A stretch of DNA of 30,946 bases from a virus (Duplodnaviria > Caudoviricetes). The notes beneath the pieces are model-generated. The model did no database searches. It was given only the letters and a program-made list of their open reading frames with translations, and was not told the origin of the DNA. Within the stretch, counting starts at the first letter, position 1; each line of letters begins with the position of its first letter. The position numbers and the translations under genes are program-made. The stretch is taken from IMG/VR virus record IMGVR_UViG_3300025103_000097, positions 1 through 30,946 of that record; one strand, 5' to 3'. This document shows, in pieces, positions 8,272-16,451 of this stretch.

Positions 8272-9018
8272 ATGAAATTAGGGCATGTTATAAGAAAGTC
8301 AAGCAAAGAGCTAAAAGAAGGCGTTAATGATCCTGGTATTTTTAAGGCCATTTTTTTAGCTGGTGGACCTGGCAGTGGTAAGTCTTTTGTAGCTGGAGAA
8401 ATAACTGGCATACCTAAAAATCTTAGTTTCTCTGTAGACGGATTAAAGGTGGTTAATTCTGATCCAGAGTTTGAATACTTTCTTAAGAAAGCGGGCGTTG
8501 ATCCTAAAAACCTAGGCTCCCTATCTGATAAGGAGTTTGAAAAGATGACTGCAGGAGATAACTCCCCTAGAGGTAAAGCTAAAAAGATAAAGCAAGCTAA
8601 AGAAAATCTTTATATTCAAGGTAGGTTAGGGCTTTTGATTGATGGCACTGGTGATGACTATGCCAAAATAAAGAAGAAACATACAGAGCTAAAAAAATAT
8701 GGCTATGATACTTACATGATTTTTATTAATACTACGTTAGAAGTAGCTCAAGAAAGAAACGCAACAAGAGATAGGGTTCTACCAGAGAAGATGGTAAAAG
8801 ATATATGGACCGCGGTGCAGAAAAACTTGGGTAAATTTCAAGGATTATTTAAACAAAACTTTATCATTGTTGATAACACTGAAGTTAAAGTTGCCAAGAG
8901 AGAGAATGATAATAAGTTGTTTGAAAAACATATTTACACTGCCATCAAGAGGTTTATGCGTATGCCTGTAAAAAGCGGCGTCGCGAAGAGATGGATTAAA
9001 CAACAAGGTGGTAAGTGA
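8272..9018 (+). CDS. Zeta-toxin/AAA_33-like P-loop kinase with MKL leader
   Basis: Walker A AIFLAGGPGSGKS, VVNSD, LLIDGTG, lid AQERNATRDRVLP. GGAGG RBS supports ATG 8272. Confidence 0.8.
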   Translation: MKLGHVIRKSSKELKEGVNDPGIFKAIFLAGGPGSGKSFVAGEITGIPKNLSFSVDGLKVVNSDPEFEYFLKKAGVDPKNLGSLSDKEFEKMTAGDNSPRGKAKKIKQAKENLYIQGRLGLLIDGTGDDYAKIKKKHTELKKYGYDTYMIFINTTLEVAQERNATRDRVLPEKMVKDIWTAVQKNLGKFQGLFKQNFIIVDNTEVKVAKRENDNKLFEKHIYTAIKRFMRMPVKSGVAKRWIKQQGGK

Positions 9019-9332
9019 TGAAACTACAAGAGGCTGTAGGAAAGAACTTTTGGTTGAGTGAAGATGAACTCCATGAGGTACTGAGTACTCTAGATGGTTG
9101 GGAGGAAGATGGAGGATATATCGTGAAGCGATATCATTTTGAAGACTGGAAGAAGATCACTAAGTTTATGAAAGCCCTCACTGATTTGATAGTAAAAGAA
9201 AACCATCACCCCCAACTAGTTCTTGACAGTAAGGAGAAGAAGGCTAAGGTTAGTTTACGAAGCCATAACCAGAATGCTATCACGAAATATGATTCCGAAT
9301 TCGCCAAAAAACTGGACAAAAAGGTAAAGTAA
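9018..9332 (+). CDS. Pterin-4-alpha-carbinolamine dehydratase (PCD/DCoH) family protein with MKL leader
   Basis: LSEDEL...LDGW, Y.FEDW...FM, ENHHP, SH...IT.YD.EFAKKLD match the PCD signature. Confidence 0.85.
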   Translation: MKLQEAVGKNFWLSEDELHEVLSTLDGWEEDGGYIVKRYHFEDWKKITKFMKALTDLIVKENHHPQLVLDSKEKKAKVSLRSHNQNAITKYDSEFAKKLDKKVK

Positions 9333-9345
9333 TTAGAGATAAAAA

Positions 9346-9666
9346 ATGTCTTTTGAATTCTGGTGGTTTGTTATTAGTGGAACCTTACTATTAGCAACAT
9401 TAGTAGTAAAAGTATTTACTGTGTCTTATCTAGCTGAACTAGGGAGAGAGATACAGTTAATAGAACACAAAAAATATAAAACACTGAAAGAATTACATAG
9501 GGCAAAGAGTAAAAAAGATATAGCTAATGCAAATTTAATGGTAACCAAAAAAGAGAGAGATAAGCTAAAGAGGCGTATTCTGGGTATGGAAAAAGAAATG
9601 GAAAAAATTACAAAGGACATATCTGACCGCGAAGAAGGCCGCTCATCTAATGAAGTGGAGAAATAA
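9346..9666 (+). CDS. N-terminal TM anchored coiled-coil protein
   Basis: FWWFVISGTLLLATLVVKVF followed by a heptad-rich charged region. Confidence 0.65.
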   Translation: MSFEFWWFVISGTLLLATLVVKVFTVSYLAELGREIQLIEHKKYKTLKELHRAKSKKDIANANLMVTKKERDKLKRRILGMEKEMEKITKDISDREEGRSSNEVEK

Positions 9667-9833
9667 TGTCTTTAAAAATAGCAAACCCTGCAAAGTTGGA
9701 GTGTGATACATGCCACCAAAAAGTTGAAACATTACAGAGGGTGGTACTGCTTACACATTATAATGCTCTTAACAAACGTGCCTTATGGAATTGTAAAGAG
9801 TGTTATGATAAAAAAAATAGAGATAGAAAATGA
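9666..9833 (+). CDS. 55-aa zinc-ribbon protein (not in ORF track)
   Basis: MSLKIANPAKLECDTCHQ...LWNCKECYDKKNRDRK has two CxxC motifs. TAATG overlap upstream, ATGA overlap downstream. Confidence 0.8.
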   Translation: MSLKIANPAKLECDTCHQKVETLQRVVLLTHYNALNKRALWNCKECYDKKNRDRK

Positions 9834-10036
9834 GAACGATAAAAGATTGGACTTGTTTAATATTAACTGGTGGCCTTATGTCATTACTAATGGTAATAGT
9901 CGTTGGTGATTTTTATGTAGCCCTACAAGAACACCGACCGGTTGATGAAAGTGTGGTCAATCTTTTACAAATGGCTGTAACTGGCGTAATCGGCATTATT
10001 GCTGGTTACTTAAGCGGCAAAGAGAAAACACAATGA
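9830..10036 (+). CDS. Small two-TM membrane protein (holin-like topology)
   Basis: Two hydrophobic helices, GVIGIIAGYLSG end; coupled on both sides. Confidence 0.65.
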   Translation: MRTIKDWTCLILTGGLMSLLMVIVVGDFYVALQEHRPVDESVVNLLQMAVTGVIGIIAGYLSGKEKTQ

Positions 10037-10236
10037 AACTAAGTGAAGCTAATAGCAAGCCCGTTAATGTTAATAAGACCCGTTCTATTGCAGGTCGAGT
10101 CATTAAAAACATTTGGGATGAATTGGATAAGATAGGGGCAACCAGCCCTTCTGATAGAAGACGTTATTTAGATGCCGTTCTTGTTTCCTTAGAGCAGCGT
10201 GGTCATAAGATGGTTAATAGGGGGTTTAAGAAGTGA
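10033..10236 (+). CDS. Small basic protein with MKLSE leader
   Basis: MKLSE|A; coupled ORF. Confidence 0.6.
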   Translation: MKLSEANSKPVNVNKTRSIAGRVIKNIWDELDKIGATSPSDRRRYLDAVLVSLEQRGHKMVNRGFKK

Positions 10237-10613
10237 AACTAAAAGACCTTCTCATAAGGGAGGGAATGTTTACTACTACTCAATATTGGATACTGCCAAG
10301 TGGTAAGGTAAAGAAGATGAGAAGTGGCCATGAAGAATACCTTACCGATAAGGGTATAAGTTATGGGAAGGCATTTACGTCCGGCCATATTCGTTTAGCA
10401 GTTGCTGATGACGATGGCACACCATCTGCCGAATGGACTAAACAAGCAACACGGCCTGCTAAAAAAGCTTTAGGAAGCATAGTGCAGAAGGCTGAAAAGC
10501 GTGGCGGCCCAGGTGCCAGACTTTATTATGATTTTGTAGACTACAATACAGGCAGAATTAAATATATAAAAAGTGGTAACACCGATTATAAAGGATTTTT
10601 GAGATTACCATGA
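10233..10613 (+). CDS. Hypothetical protein with MKL leader
   Basis: MKLKDLLIRE|G; YWILPSGK...HEEY...GHIRL motif. Confidence 0.65.
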   Translation: MKLKDLLIREGMFTTTQYWILPSGKVKKMRSGHEEYLTDKGISYGKAFTSGHIRLAVADDDGTPSAEWTKQATRPAKKALGSIVQKAEKRGGPGARLYYDFVDYNTGRIKYIKSGNTDYKGFLRLP

Positions 10614-10867
10614 AACTAAGAGATGTAATAGAAGCTCATAAGTATTCCAAAGAAGATGGAAGGGATTATGAGAAAGAGAGAAAGTATAATGATAGGCCAA
10701 AGGCTCGCAAGTACAGGGCAAAACTTAACAAGTACAATAGAGATAAAGGCACCTACGGTAATGGCGACAAACGCGATGCTAGCCACCGCGGTGGACGCAT
10801 TGCAGGGTTTGAGTCCTCATCTAAGAATAAGGGACGCAAGGAAAAATCACGACTCAAGAAAAAATAA
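10610..10867 (+). CDS. Small basic degenerate HNH-like protein with MKL leader
   Basis: MKLRDVIE|A; RDYEKE...GNGDKRDASH...SSSKNKGR resembles small phage HNH-like proteins. Confidence 0.6.
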   Translation: MKLRDVIEAHKYSKEDGRDYEKERKYNDRPKARKYRAKLNKYNRDKGTYGNGDKRDASHRGGRIAGFESSSKNKGRKEKSRLKKK

Positions 10868-10889
10868 GAACAAGCCTCGGAGAGATGAA

Positions 10890-11123
10890 GTGATTATCAA
10901 CCGGCCGCTTCAAGCTGTAACAGGTCTTGGAAAACTTAATGGCGCGCCAGTTGAGGGTAAGGCCATTACTGATCCCAAATGGAAATCTGGTTCCACGATT
11001 AATGCGACAATGCAAACTAATACTCCTTTAGGTGGAATAAGCGATATCCAGATGACACAAGAGAGTATGATTAAGACGTTAGAGTTTGTAGAGCAAGGAC
11101 AAAATCTTGATGTAATGGCGTGA
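10890..11123 (+). CDS. Small hypothetical protein ending GQNLDVMA
   Basis: In-frame GTG at 10890 after GGAG avoids the long overlap of the 10656 start. Confidence 0.55.
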   Translation: MIINRPLQAVTGLGKLNGAPVEGKAITDPKWKSGSTINATMQTNTPLGGISDIQMTQESMIKTLEFVEQGQNLDVMA

Positions 11124-11131
11124 AATAAAAT

Positions 11132-11335
11132 ATGGAAACTCCCTCTCTTATTAGAAATGCTGTACCAGAGTCCGGTGTTAATCTCATACATAAGTTTGCA
11201 GGAACAAGGCCACCCGTAGAACACGCCACGTTGGATGAGCTTAATAAAGTGCCTCCATTGAAGGGTTGGAGCAGCGAAGGGTACAATACACTAAAGCTAG
11301 ATCCTACAGGGAGAGTGTTTGATAAGGTCATATAG
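11132..11335 (+). CDS. Small hypothetical protein ending GRVFDKVI
   Basis: 67-aa ORF filling the gap before the next promoter motif. Confidence 0.55.
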   Translation: METPSLIRNAVPESGVNLIHKFAGTRPPVEHATLDELNKVPPLKGWSSEGYNTLKLDPTGRVFDKVI

Positions 11336-11346
11336 TCTTTCTTATT

Positions 11347-11356
11347 TATATTTATT
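11347..11356 (+). promoter_or_regulatory. Putative late promoter motif TATATTTATT
   Basis: Repeated intergenic motif. Confidence 0.55.
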
Positions 11357-11414
11357 TAGTAATTCTGCAGAAAGACAAAAATGGTTGATGTAAATTAATT
11401 AACCGATATGGAGA

Positions 11415-11741
11415 TTGTATATGGATTTCGGACCTGTACTTGAAAACGTAGCTAGTGTGTTTGCACTATTAATTACTCTTTCAGTTATTGTTGAAAGAGG
11501 GCTAGCCACTGTTTTTGGGTGGAAGTATTACGTGAAGCTCTTAGGTGGTAAGGGACTTAAGGTTCCTATCGCTTTTGCTGTTTCTTTTTTAATTGCCAAT
11601 CAAGTGCCAGTGGACTTAATAGCGCTATTGTTTAATGGAGAGGCTACGGTCTTAGGACAAGTGCTTACGGCTGGATTGTTGAGTGGCGGAAGTAAGAAAG
11701 TGGCAGAAACCTTTGGCGATATAAAAACCGCAGTGGGTTAG
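11415..11741 (+). CDS. Multi-pass small membrane protein, holin candidate
   Basis: About three hydrophobic segments; GQVLTAGLLSGGS motif seen in phage holin-like proteins. Confidence 0.6.
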   Translation: MYMDFGPVLENVASVFALLITLSVIVERGLATVFGWKYYVKLLGGKGLKVPIAFAVSFLIANQVPVDLIALLFNGEATVLGQVLTAGLLSGGSKKVAETFGDIKTAVG

Positions 11742-11757
11742 TCATAACCCTTAAAAA

Positions 11758-11785
11758 ATGCAGACTGCTTTCGGGCAGTCTGCAT
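11758..11785. terminator. Strong stem-loop with UUCG tetraloop (terminator or stabilising hairpin)
   Basis: ATGCAGACTGC-T-TTCG-G-GCAGTCTGCAT; a U-tract follows only on the minus strand. Confidence 0.65.
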
Positions 11786-11828
11786 AAATTAATAAGTTTA
11801 ATACATCTAAAAATTGAGTTAAAATAAT

Positions 11829-12461
11829 ATGAAGCTAAAAACTATTATTAAAGAAGATGAGGGCAGTATTAGAGATTTGATGGCTAGGTTTGTTAATGCC
11901 AATAAGAAAAACTCTAAACGGGCCCATGATAAATGGATGGGTATGGTAGCAGCTCGTTTAATAGACTTAGGTTTTGTAGGAAGAATTCGTAAACAGATTC
12001 TGATTGCTTTGGATACCGTTGTAAGTCAAAAACAATTTGATACTTTAATTGCTAAATATAAGTTATTTGGAGATTATGCTGATAGCTTTAGGCCTACTGA
12101 AAGCACTCTTTCAAATGCCCTTAAAGAGGCTGAAGAAGATTCTCAGGAAGATATTGATGGAGATGTTCCCGAAACAACAAAAAAATTCAAATTGGTATTA
12201 GAAATACCCTTTACTACTACAGACAACAAAGATCAAAAGCTTAGGAGATTAAAGTACGACCTATCTCTTAACAACATTGAAGTGGAAGCACTTCAAGGAG
12301 TTAATGTTGCGGAACTAGACCAAGGCGTATTAGACTACCAAGCTGTTGTATATATATCAACCACTCTTACTCGTTCTGAGTTGAATAGCATATTAGAGCC
12401 AGACTATAAGGTTGCCAAAATGCAACGTCTAGATCAAAAACCAGCGGAAGACGATGCCTAA
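11829..12461 (+). CDS. Two-domain hypothetical protein with MKL leader
   Basis: MKLKTIIKE|D; internal ALKE|AEED acidic linker. Confidence 0.65.
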   Translation: MKLKTIIKEDEGSIRDLMARFVNANKKNSKRAHDKWMGMVAARLIDLGFVGRIRKQILIALDTVVSQKQFDTLIAKYKLFGDYADSFRPTESTLSNALKEAEEDSQEDIDGDVPETTKKFKLVLEIPFTTTDNKDQKLRRLKYDLSLNNIEVEALQGVNVAELDQGVLDYQAVVYISTTLTRSELNSILEPDYKVAKMQRLDQKPAEDDA

Positions 12462-12792
12462 ATTAAATACGACCAATAAAATAACGCGAGTCTTAATTGA
12501 TGGTATAATGAATCGCCAAGTAGTGCGAATTAGGTATGAAAAAACGCCTAAAGTTTTTAAGCGTCCATTACCAGAGGGTCATATAGAAGATGGTGATACA
12601 GTAACAAGAACTATAGAGCCTTATGAAATAAAGCATGAGGGTGAAAAAGAATTTTTATGGGGATTTGATCCTAAAGCTAAACACATAAAAAAGTTTAATC
12701 TTGAAGGTGTTAAGAGTGCACGGCTTTTGTCTAAGGTGTTTAAACCTAAAGAGGAATGGATACAAACTCAGAAAAAGATGGTTGGACAATAA
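12454..12792 (+). CDS. Stand-alone WYL-domain protein
   Basis: VRIRY...RTIEPYEI...FLWGFD......KFNLEGVKSARLL..VF matches the WYL fold pattern; no HTH present. Confidence 0.8.
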   Translation: MPKLNTTNKITRVLIDGIMNRQVVRIRYEKTPKVFKRPLPEGHIEDGDTVTRTIEPYEIKHEGEKEFLWGFDPKAKHIKKFNLEGVKSARLLSKVFKPKEEWIQTQKKMVGQ

Positions 12793-14447
12793 TGAACGAA
12801 GAAGAACTCAAGGAGTATATCCAGTGCCGGAAAGACCCTGTTTATTTTTTTAAAACTTATGGAAGGGTAAGACACCCGCGTAAAGGTTTGATGCCTTTTG
12901 ATCTTTATGACTTTCAAGAAGAAACTCTTAATCAATTTTTAGACACCTCTTATAATGTAATTCTTAAGGCTCGTCAGTTAGGTATCAGTACACTTTGTGC
13001 TGCATACGCCGGATGGTTGGCCAACTTTTTCAAAGACAAAGAAATATTCATTCTTGCCACCAAGAGAGATACAGCCACTAATCTTGTTGATAAGGTAAGA
13101 GTGTTCCTCCAAGAAATACCTGACTTCCTAAAGAGTGATATGCTTGTTGATAACCGGCAGAGTATAGAACTAGCTAATGGCAGTAAAATAAAAGCAGGTG
13201 CCACAGGAACCACATCTAAAGATGCTGCTCGTTCAGAGGCTTTGAGTCTTCTCATTATTGATGAGGCAGCGTTTATTAAGGCGATGGACACTATTTGGGT
13301 TGCCGCTCAACCTACCCTATCTACAGGTGGTGATTGTATTGTCTTATCCTCTCCCAACGGTATTGGTAATTGGTTTCATAAGACTTATATAGAGGCAGCT
13401 GCAGGAACTAGTGAGAAAGTAGGAAGTAAACATATCTCCTTTAATCCTATAGTGTTACCTTGGAGCCTACACCCCGATAGAGATGATGAATGGGCTCGAC
13501 TTGAAAAAAAGAAAATAGGCGACCAAGCATTTGCTCAAGAACATGGTTGTGACTTTTTACAATCGGGTAATAATGTGGTGAGTATGAAGGCTCTTAAGTG
13601 GTATGAAGAACATCCTAATGAAGAAGAGGTTGCAGATGATGGCTTTCGTCCATATCTGAGAGAGCCTGAAGAAAAAACTTGGATTGATAAAGGTCTATGG
13701 ATTTGGAAGTACCCCGACTATACAAAACAATATATGCTATGTGCTGACATAGCCCGAGGTGACGGTAATGATTTCTCTGCCTTCCATATTATTGATGTAG
13801 AAAATTATGAACAAGTTGCAGAGTATAAGGGGAAGGTAAATACAGATGCTTTTGCTCACCTTATACACAACACAGCAGTTCAATATAACAATGCATACGT
13901 AGTGGTTGAAAACGCTTCTATGGGCCATCATGTAGTGATGAAGATCATAGAAATGGAATACAAGAATATGTATTGGACGATAAAAGATTTGACAAAGATA
14001 CATGAAGGTAACGCTAACCAATTACATTATGATATTTATAATGTTCCAAAAAATGCTGTGCCTGGTTTTACTATGAGTATGAAGAGTAGGCCAGCCTGTA
14101 TAGCACGACTGGAAGAGGATCTCAGAACACATGACTTTATCTTACACTCAAAAAGAACAGTGGCTGAGTTAGAAACATTTATCTTCCATAATGGTAAACC
14201 AGAGGCACTAGCAAGTTATAATGATGATCTTGTCATGTCGCTAGCTATGGGAATGTATGTTAGAATGACTACGCTTAAGTACAATAGTCAAGACGAAGAA
14301 ATGACAAAGGATTTATTACAAGGACTTAGCTTTAATAATACACCATATGAATTTGGTGTTTGGAATGCCAAATCAGATGATCAAACAAAACAATGGACTT
14401 TTGATACTGGCGGCGGCCAGAAGGAGGATATGAGATGGCTGGTGTAG
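12792..14447 (+). CDS. terL: Terminase large subunit (T4 gp17-like)
   Basis: LYDFQ Q-motif, ILKARQLGIST Walker A, LLIIDEAAFI Walker B, SSPNG, nuclease ADIARGDGNDFS and NDDLVMS. Start set at the TAATG overlap. Confidence 0.97.
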   Translation: MNEEELKEYIQCRKDPVYFFKTYGRVRHPRKGLMPFDLYDFQEETLNQFLDTSYNVILKARQLGISTLCAAYAGWLANFFKDKEIFILATKRDTATNLVDKVRVFLQEIPDFLKSDMLVDNRQSIELANGSKIKAGATGTTSKDAARSEALSLLIIDEAAFIKAMDTIWVAAQPTLSTGGDCIVLSSPNGIGNWFHKTYIEAAAGTSEKVGSKHISFNPIVLPWSLHPDRDDEWARLEKKKIGDQAFAQEHGCDFLQSGNNVVSMKALKWYEEHPNEEEVADDGFRPYLREPEEKTWIDKGLWIWKYPDYTKQYMLCADIARGDGNDFSAFHIIDVENYEQVAEYKGKVNTDAFAHLIHNTAVQYNNAYVVVENASMGHHVVMKIIEMEYKNMYWTIKDLTKIHEGNANQLHYDIYNVPKNAVPGFTMSMKSRPACIARLEEDLRTHDFILHSKRTVAELETFIFHNGKPEALASYNDDLVMSLAMGMYVRMTTLKYNSQDEEMTKDLLQGLSFNNTPYEFGVWNAKSDDQTKQWTFDTGGGQKEDMRWLV

Positions 14448-14650
14448 ATGATGGCTGGGCCCAATATCAAAAATTGGTAATGGAAAAACTGGAAAAACAT
14501 GATGGTAAGTTTAGTAACATAGACAGCAAACTTACACAAATACAAGTAGATATTGCCACACTAAAGGTTAAGGCAGGTGTGTGGGGTGGGATTGCTGGAT
14601 TAGTACCTGTAGTCCTAGGTTTAGTTTTGTTTTATGCCTCAAAAGCTTAA
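14435..14650 (+). CDS. Small coiled-coil protein with C-terminal TM helix
   Basis: KLTQIQVDIATLKVKAGVWGGIAGLVPVVLGLVLF; GGAGG RBS. Confidence 0.7.
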   Translation: MAGVDDGWAQYQKLVMEKLEKHDGKFSNIDSKLTQIQVDIATLKVKAGVWGGIAGLVPVVLGLVLFYASKA

Positions 14651-14664
14651 TAAAGGAATAAGAA

Positions 14665-16395
14665 ATGGCAGATAGATTTGATATACTAAAGCGTTTACTT
14701 AAGGGCGGATCAGCGACATATAAGACTCCAACAGAACGCCCTAGTAATATGAGCCAGAAAAAGGCTTTTGATAGTTTTCACAAGGCTACTCAAACTATGT
14801 ATGGTGAGCATCTGATCGGGGGCGCTGAGAGAATAGAGCGTGTAAGAGACTATGAGGAAATGGATCACTACCCCGAAATCACTAGAGCCTTAGATATTTA
14901 TGCTGATGATTCTATGACTTATGCAGAAGATGGGAAAACTGTACAGGTCATGTCAGATGATGATAAAATTGTTGGTGAGTTAGAGGAGTTGTTATATCAG
15001 AGATTAGATATTGATTTTCATTTGTGGACATGGATTAGGAATATGTGTAAGTATGGAGATCATTTTAATCTATTAGACATTGTTAACAAAGAAGGTGTAT
15101 TAGGTGCCATTGCACTACCCGTAAGCGAAGTAGAGAGAGAAGAGGGATACAATAACGATCCTAACAGCCTGAGGTTCAAGTGGACTTCACAAGGGAATAC
15201 CGTTTTTGAAAACTACCAAATCTCTCACTTACGAATACTGGGTGACGATAGATTTTTGCCTTATGGGCGTTCGGTTCTGGATTCTTCAAGAAAAGTATGG
15301 AAACAGCTGTTGATGGCTGAAGACGCGATGCTAATCTATCGTATTAGTAGAGCACCAGAAAGGCGAGTATTTTATGTTGACGTTGGAAACATTCCACCAA
15401 AAGATGTGGAAGGGTACATGCAGAATGCGCGTGATAAGCTTAAGAGGATACCAGTGGTATCAGAGTCGTCTGGAAATGTTGATTTACGTTATAATCCCGA
15501 ATCTATATTGGAAGATTTCTTTATTCCAGTTCGCGGTGATCGCGGCAGTAGGATTGAAACCCTTCCTGGCGGAGAAAACGCTGCTGCTATTGAAGACATT
15601 GAGTATTTACAAAATAAACTTTTTATATCTCTCGGCGTTCCTAAGTCTTATCTTACCGCGGAAGAAGACCTCTCAGGAAAATCAACACTAGCACAGGAGG
15701 ACATTAAGTTTGCGAGAACTATTCAACGTATTCAAAAGATTGTTGTCAGCGAACTGGCGAAGATATCACTTATCCACCTTTATCTGCGTGGGTATGATGA
15801 GTCAGCTATTTACAACTTTGACTTGAAGCTAACTAATCCATCTACTATTACAGAGATGATGCATCTTGATTTGATGGATAAAAGATTTGGTACGGCAAGA
15901 GAAATGGCTGAGTCAGATATTATTTCTTCTTATTATGTACAGAAGAATGTGTTGAAGTTAACTGATAATGAAATTGCAACTATTAAGATTGATCAAGAAA
16001 AAGAAGCAGTCAGTAAGAGTATTCTTGAGAAGCTTGAGCAAGGTGAGATGGAACAGCCTGGGATGGGCGGACAGCAACCTAGCAATGATGATGATGATGA
16101 TGGCGATGAAGGAGATAGTAACGAGGATAGGGAGAATTGGACAAAGGATGCGATGCCTTACGATCCCACGGGCACTCGCGAGTTGCCAGGATATCCTAAA
16201 GATTATAGCTATAATGAAAATGGTTTTATAAAAACTAATGGCAAACCCGCCAAGGTAGATGTATTCGATAGAACCATTTCTGATATTATGCAGTATAACT
16301 ACGAATCAAAAGATATGTTAAGGAATCTAGTCAAGGACAAAAGTGATAATAAGTTAGATGATTCATCACTAAGAAGCATTATTAATGACATTTAG
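14665..16395 (+). CDS. Portal protein (T4 gp20-like)
   Basis: MAEDAMLIYRISRAPERRVFYVDVGNIP, EDFFIPVRG, IETLPGG and LGVPKSYL motifs. Confidence 0.97.
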   Translation: MADRFDILKRLLKGGSATYKTPTERPSNMSQKKAFDSFHKATQTMYGEHLIGGAERIERVRDYEEMDHYPEITRALDIYADDSMTYAEDGKTVQVMSDDDKIVGELEELLYQRLDIDFHLWTWIRNMCKYGDHFNLLDIVNKEGVLGAIALPVSEVEREEGYNNDPNSLRFKWTSQGNTVFENYQISHLRILGDDRFLPYGRSVLDSSRKVWKQLLMAEDAMLIYRISRAPERRVFYVDVGNIPPKDVEGYMQNARDKLKRIPVVSESSGNVDLRYNPESILEDFFIPVRGDRGSRIETLPGGENAAAIEDIEYLQNKLFISLGVPKSYLTAEEDLSGKSTLAQEDIKFARTIQRIQKIVVSELAKISLIHLYLRGYDESAIYNFDLKLTNPSTITEMMHLDLMDKRFGTAREMAESDIISSYYVQKNVLKLTDNEIATIKIDQEKEAVSKSILEKLEQGEMEQPGMGGQQPSNDDDDDGDEGDSNEDRENWTKDAMPYDPTGTRELPGYPKDYSYNENGFIKTNGKPAKVDVFDRTISDIMQYNYESKDMLRNLVKDKSDNKLDDSSLRSIINDI

Positions 16396-16406
16396 AAACT
16401 CTTTAT

Positions 16407-16416
16407 TATATTTATT
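16407..16416 (+). promoter_or_regulatory. Putative late promoter motif TATATTTATT
   Basis: Repeated intergenic motif. Confidence 0.55.
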
Positions 16417-16451
16417 TTAGTCATTGAATCTTAAAGATTTGCCAGGGGTGT

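Noticed and set aside
9703-9909. 68-aa plus-strand ORF from the track
   Set aside because: Overlaps two better-supported coupled genes (9666-9833 and 9830-10036).
10656-10889. N-terminal extension of the 155-aa ORF
   Set aside because: Overlaps 10610-10867 by over 200 nt; a GTG with RBS at 10890 is more plausible.
16085-16110. GAT trinucleotide run
   Set aside because: Encodes a poly-Asp tract in the portal C-terminal tail; not a separate repeat element.
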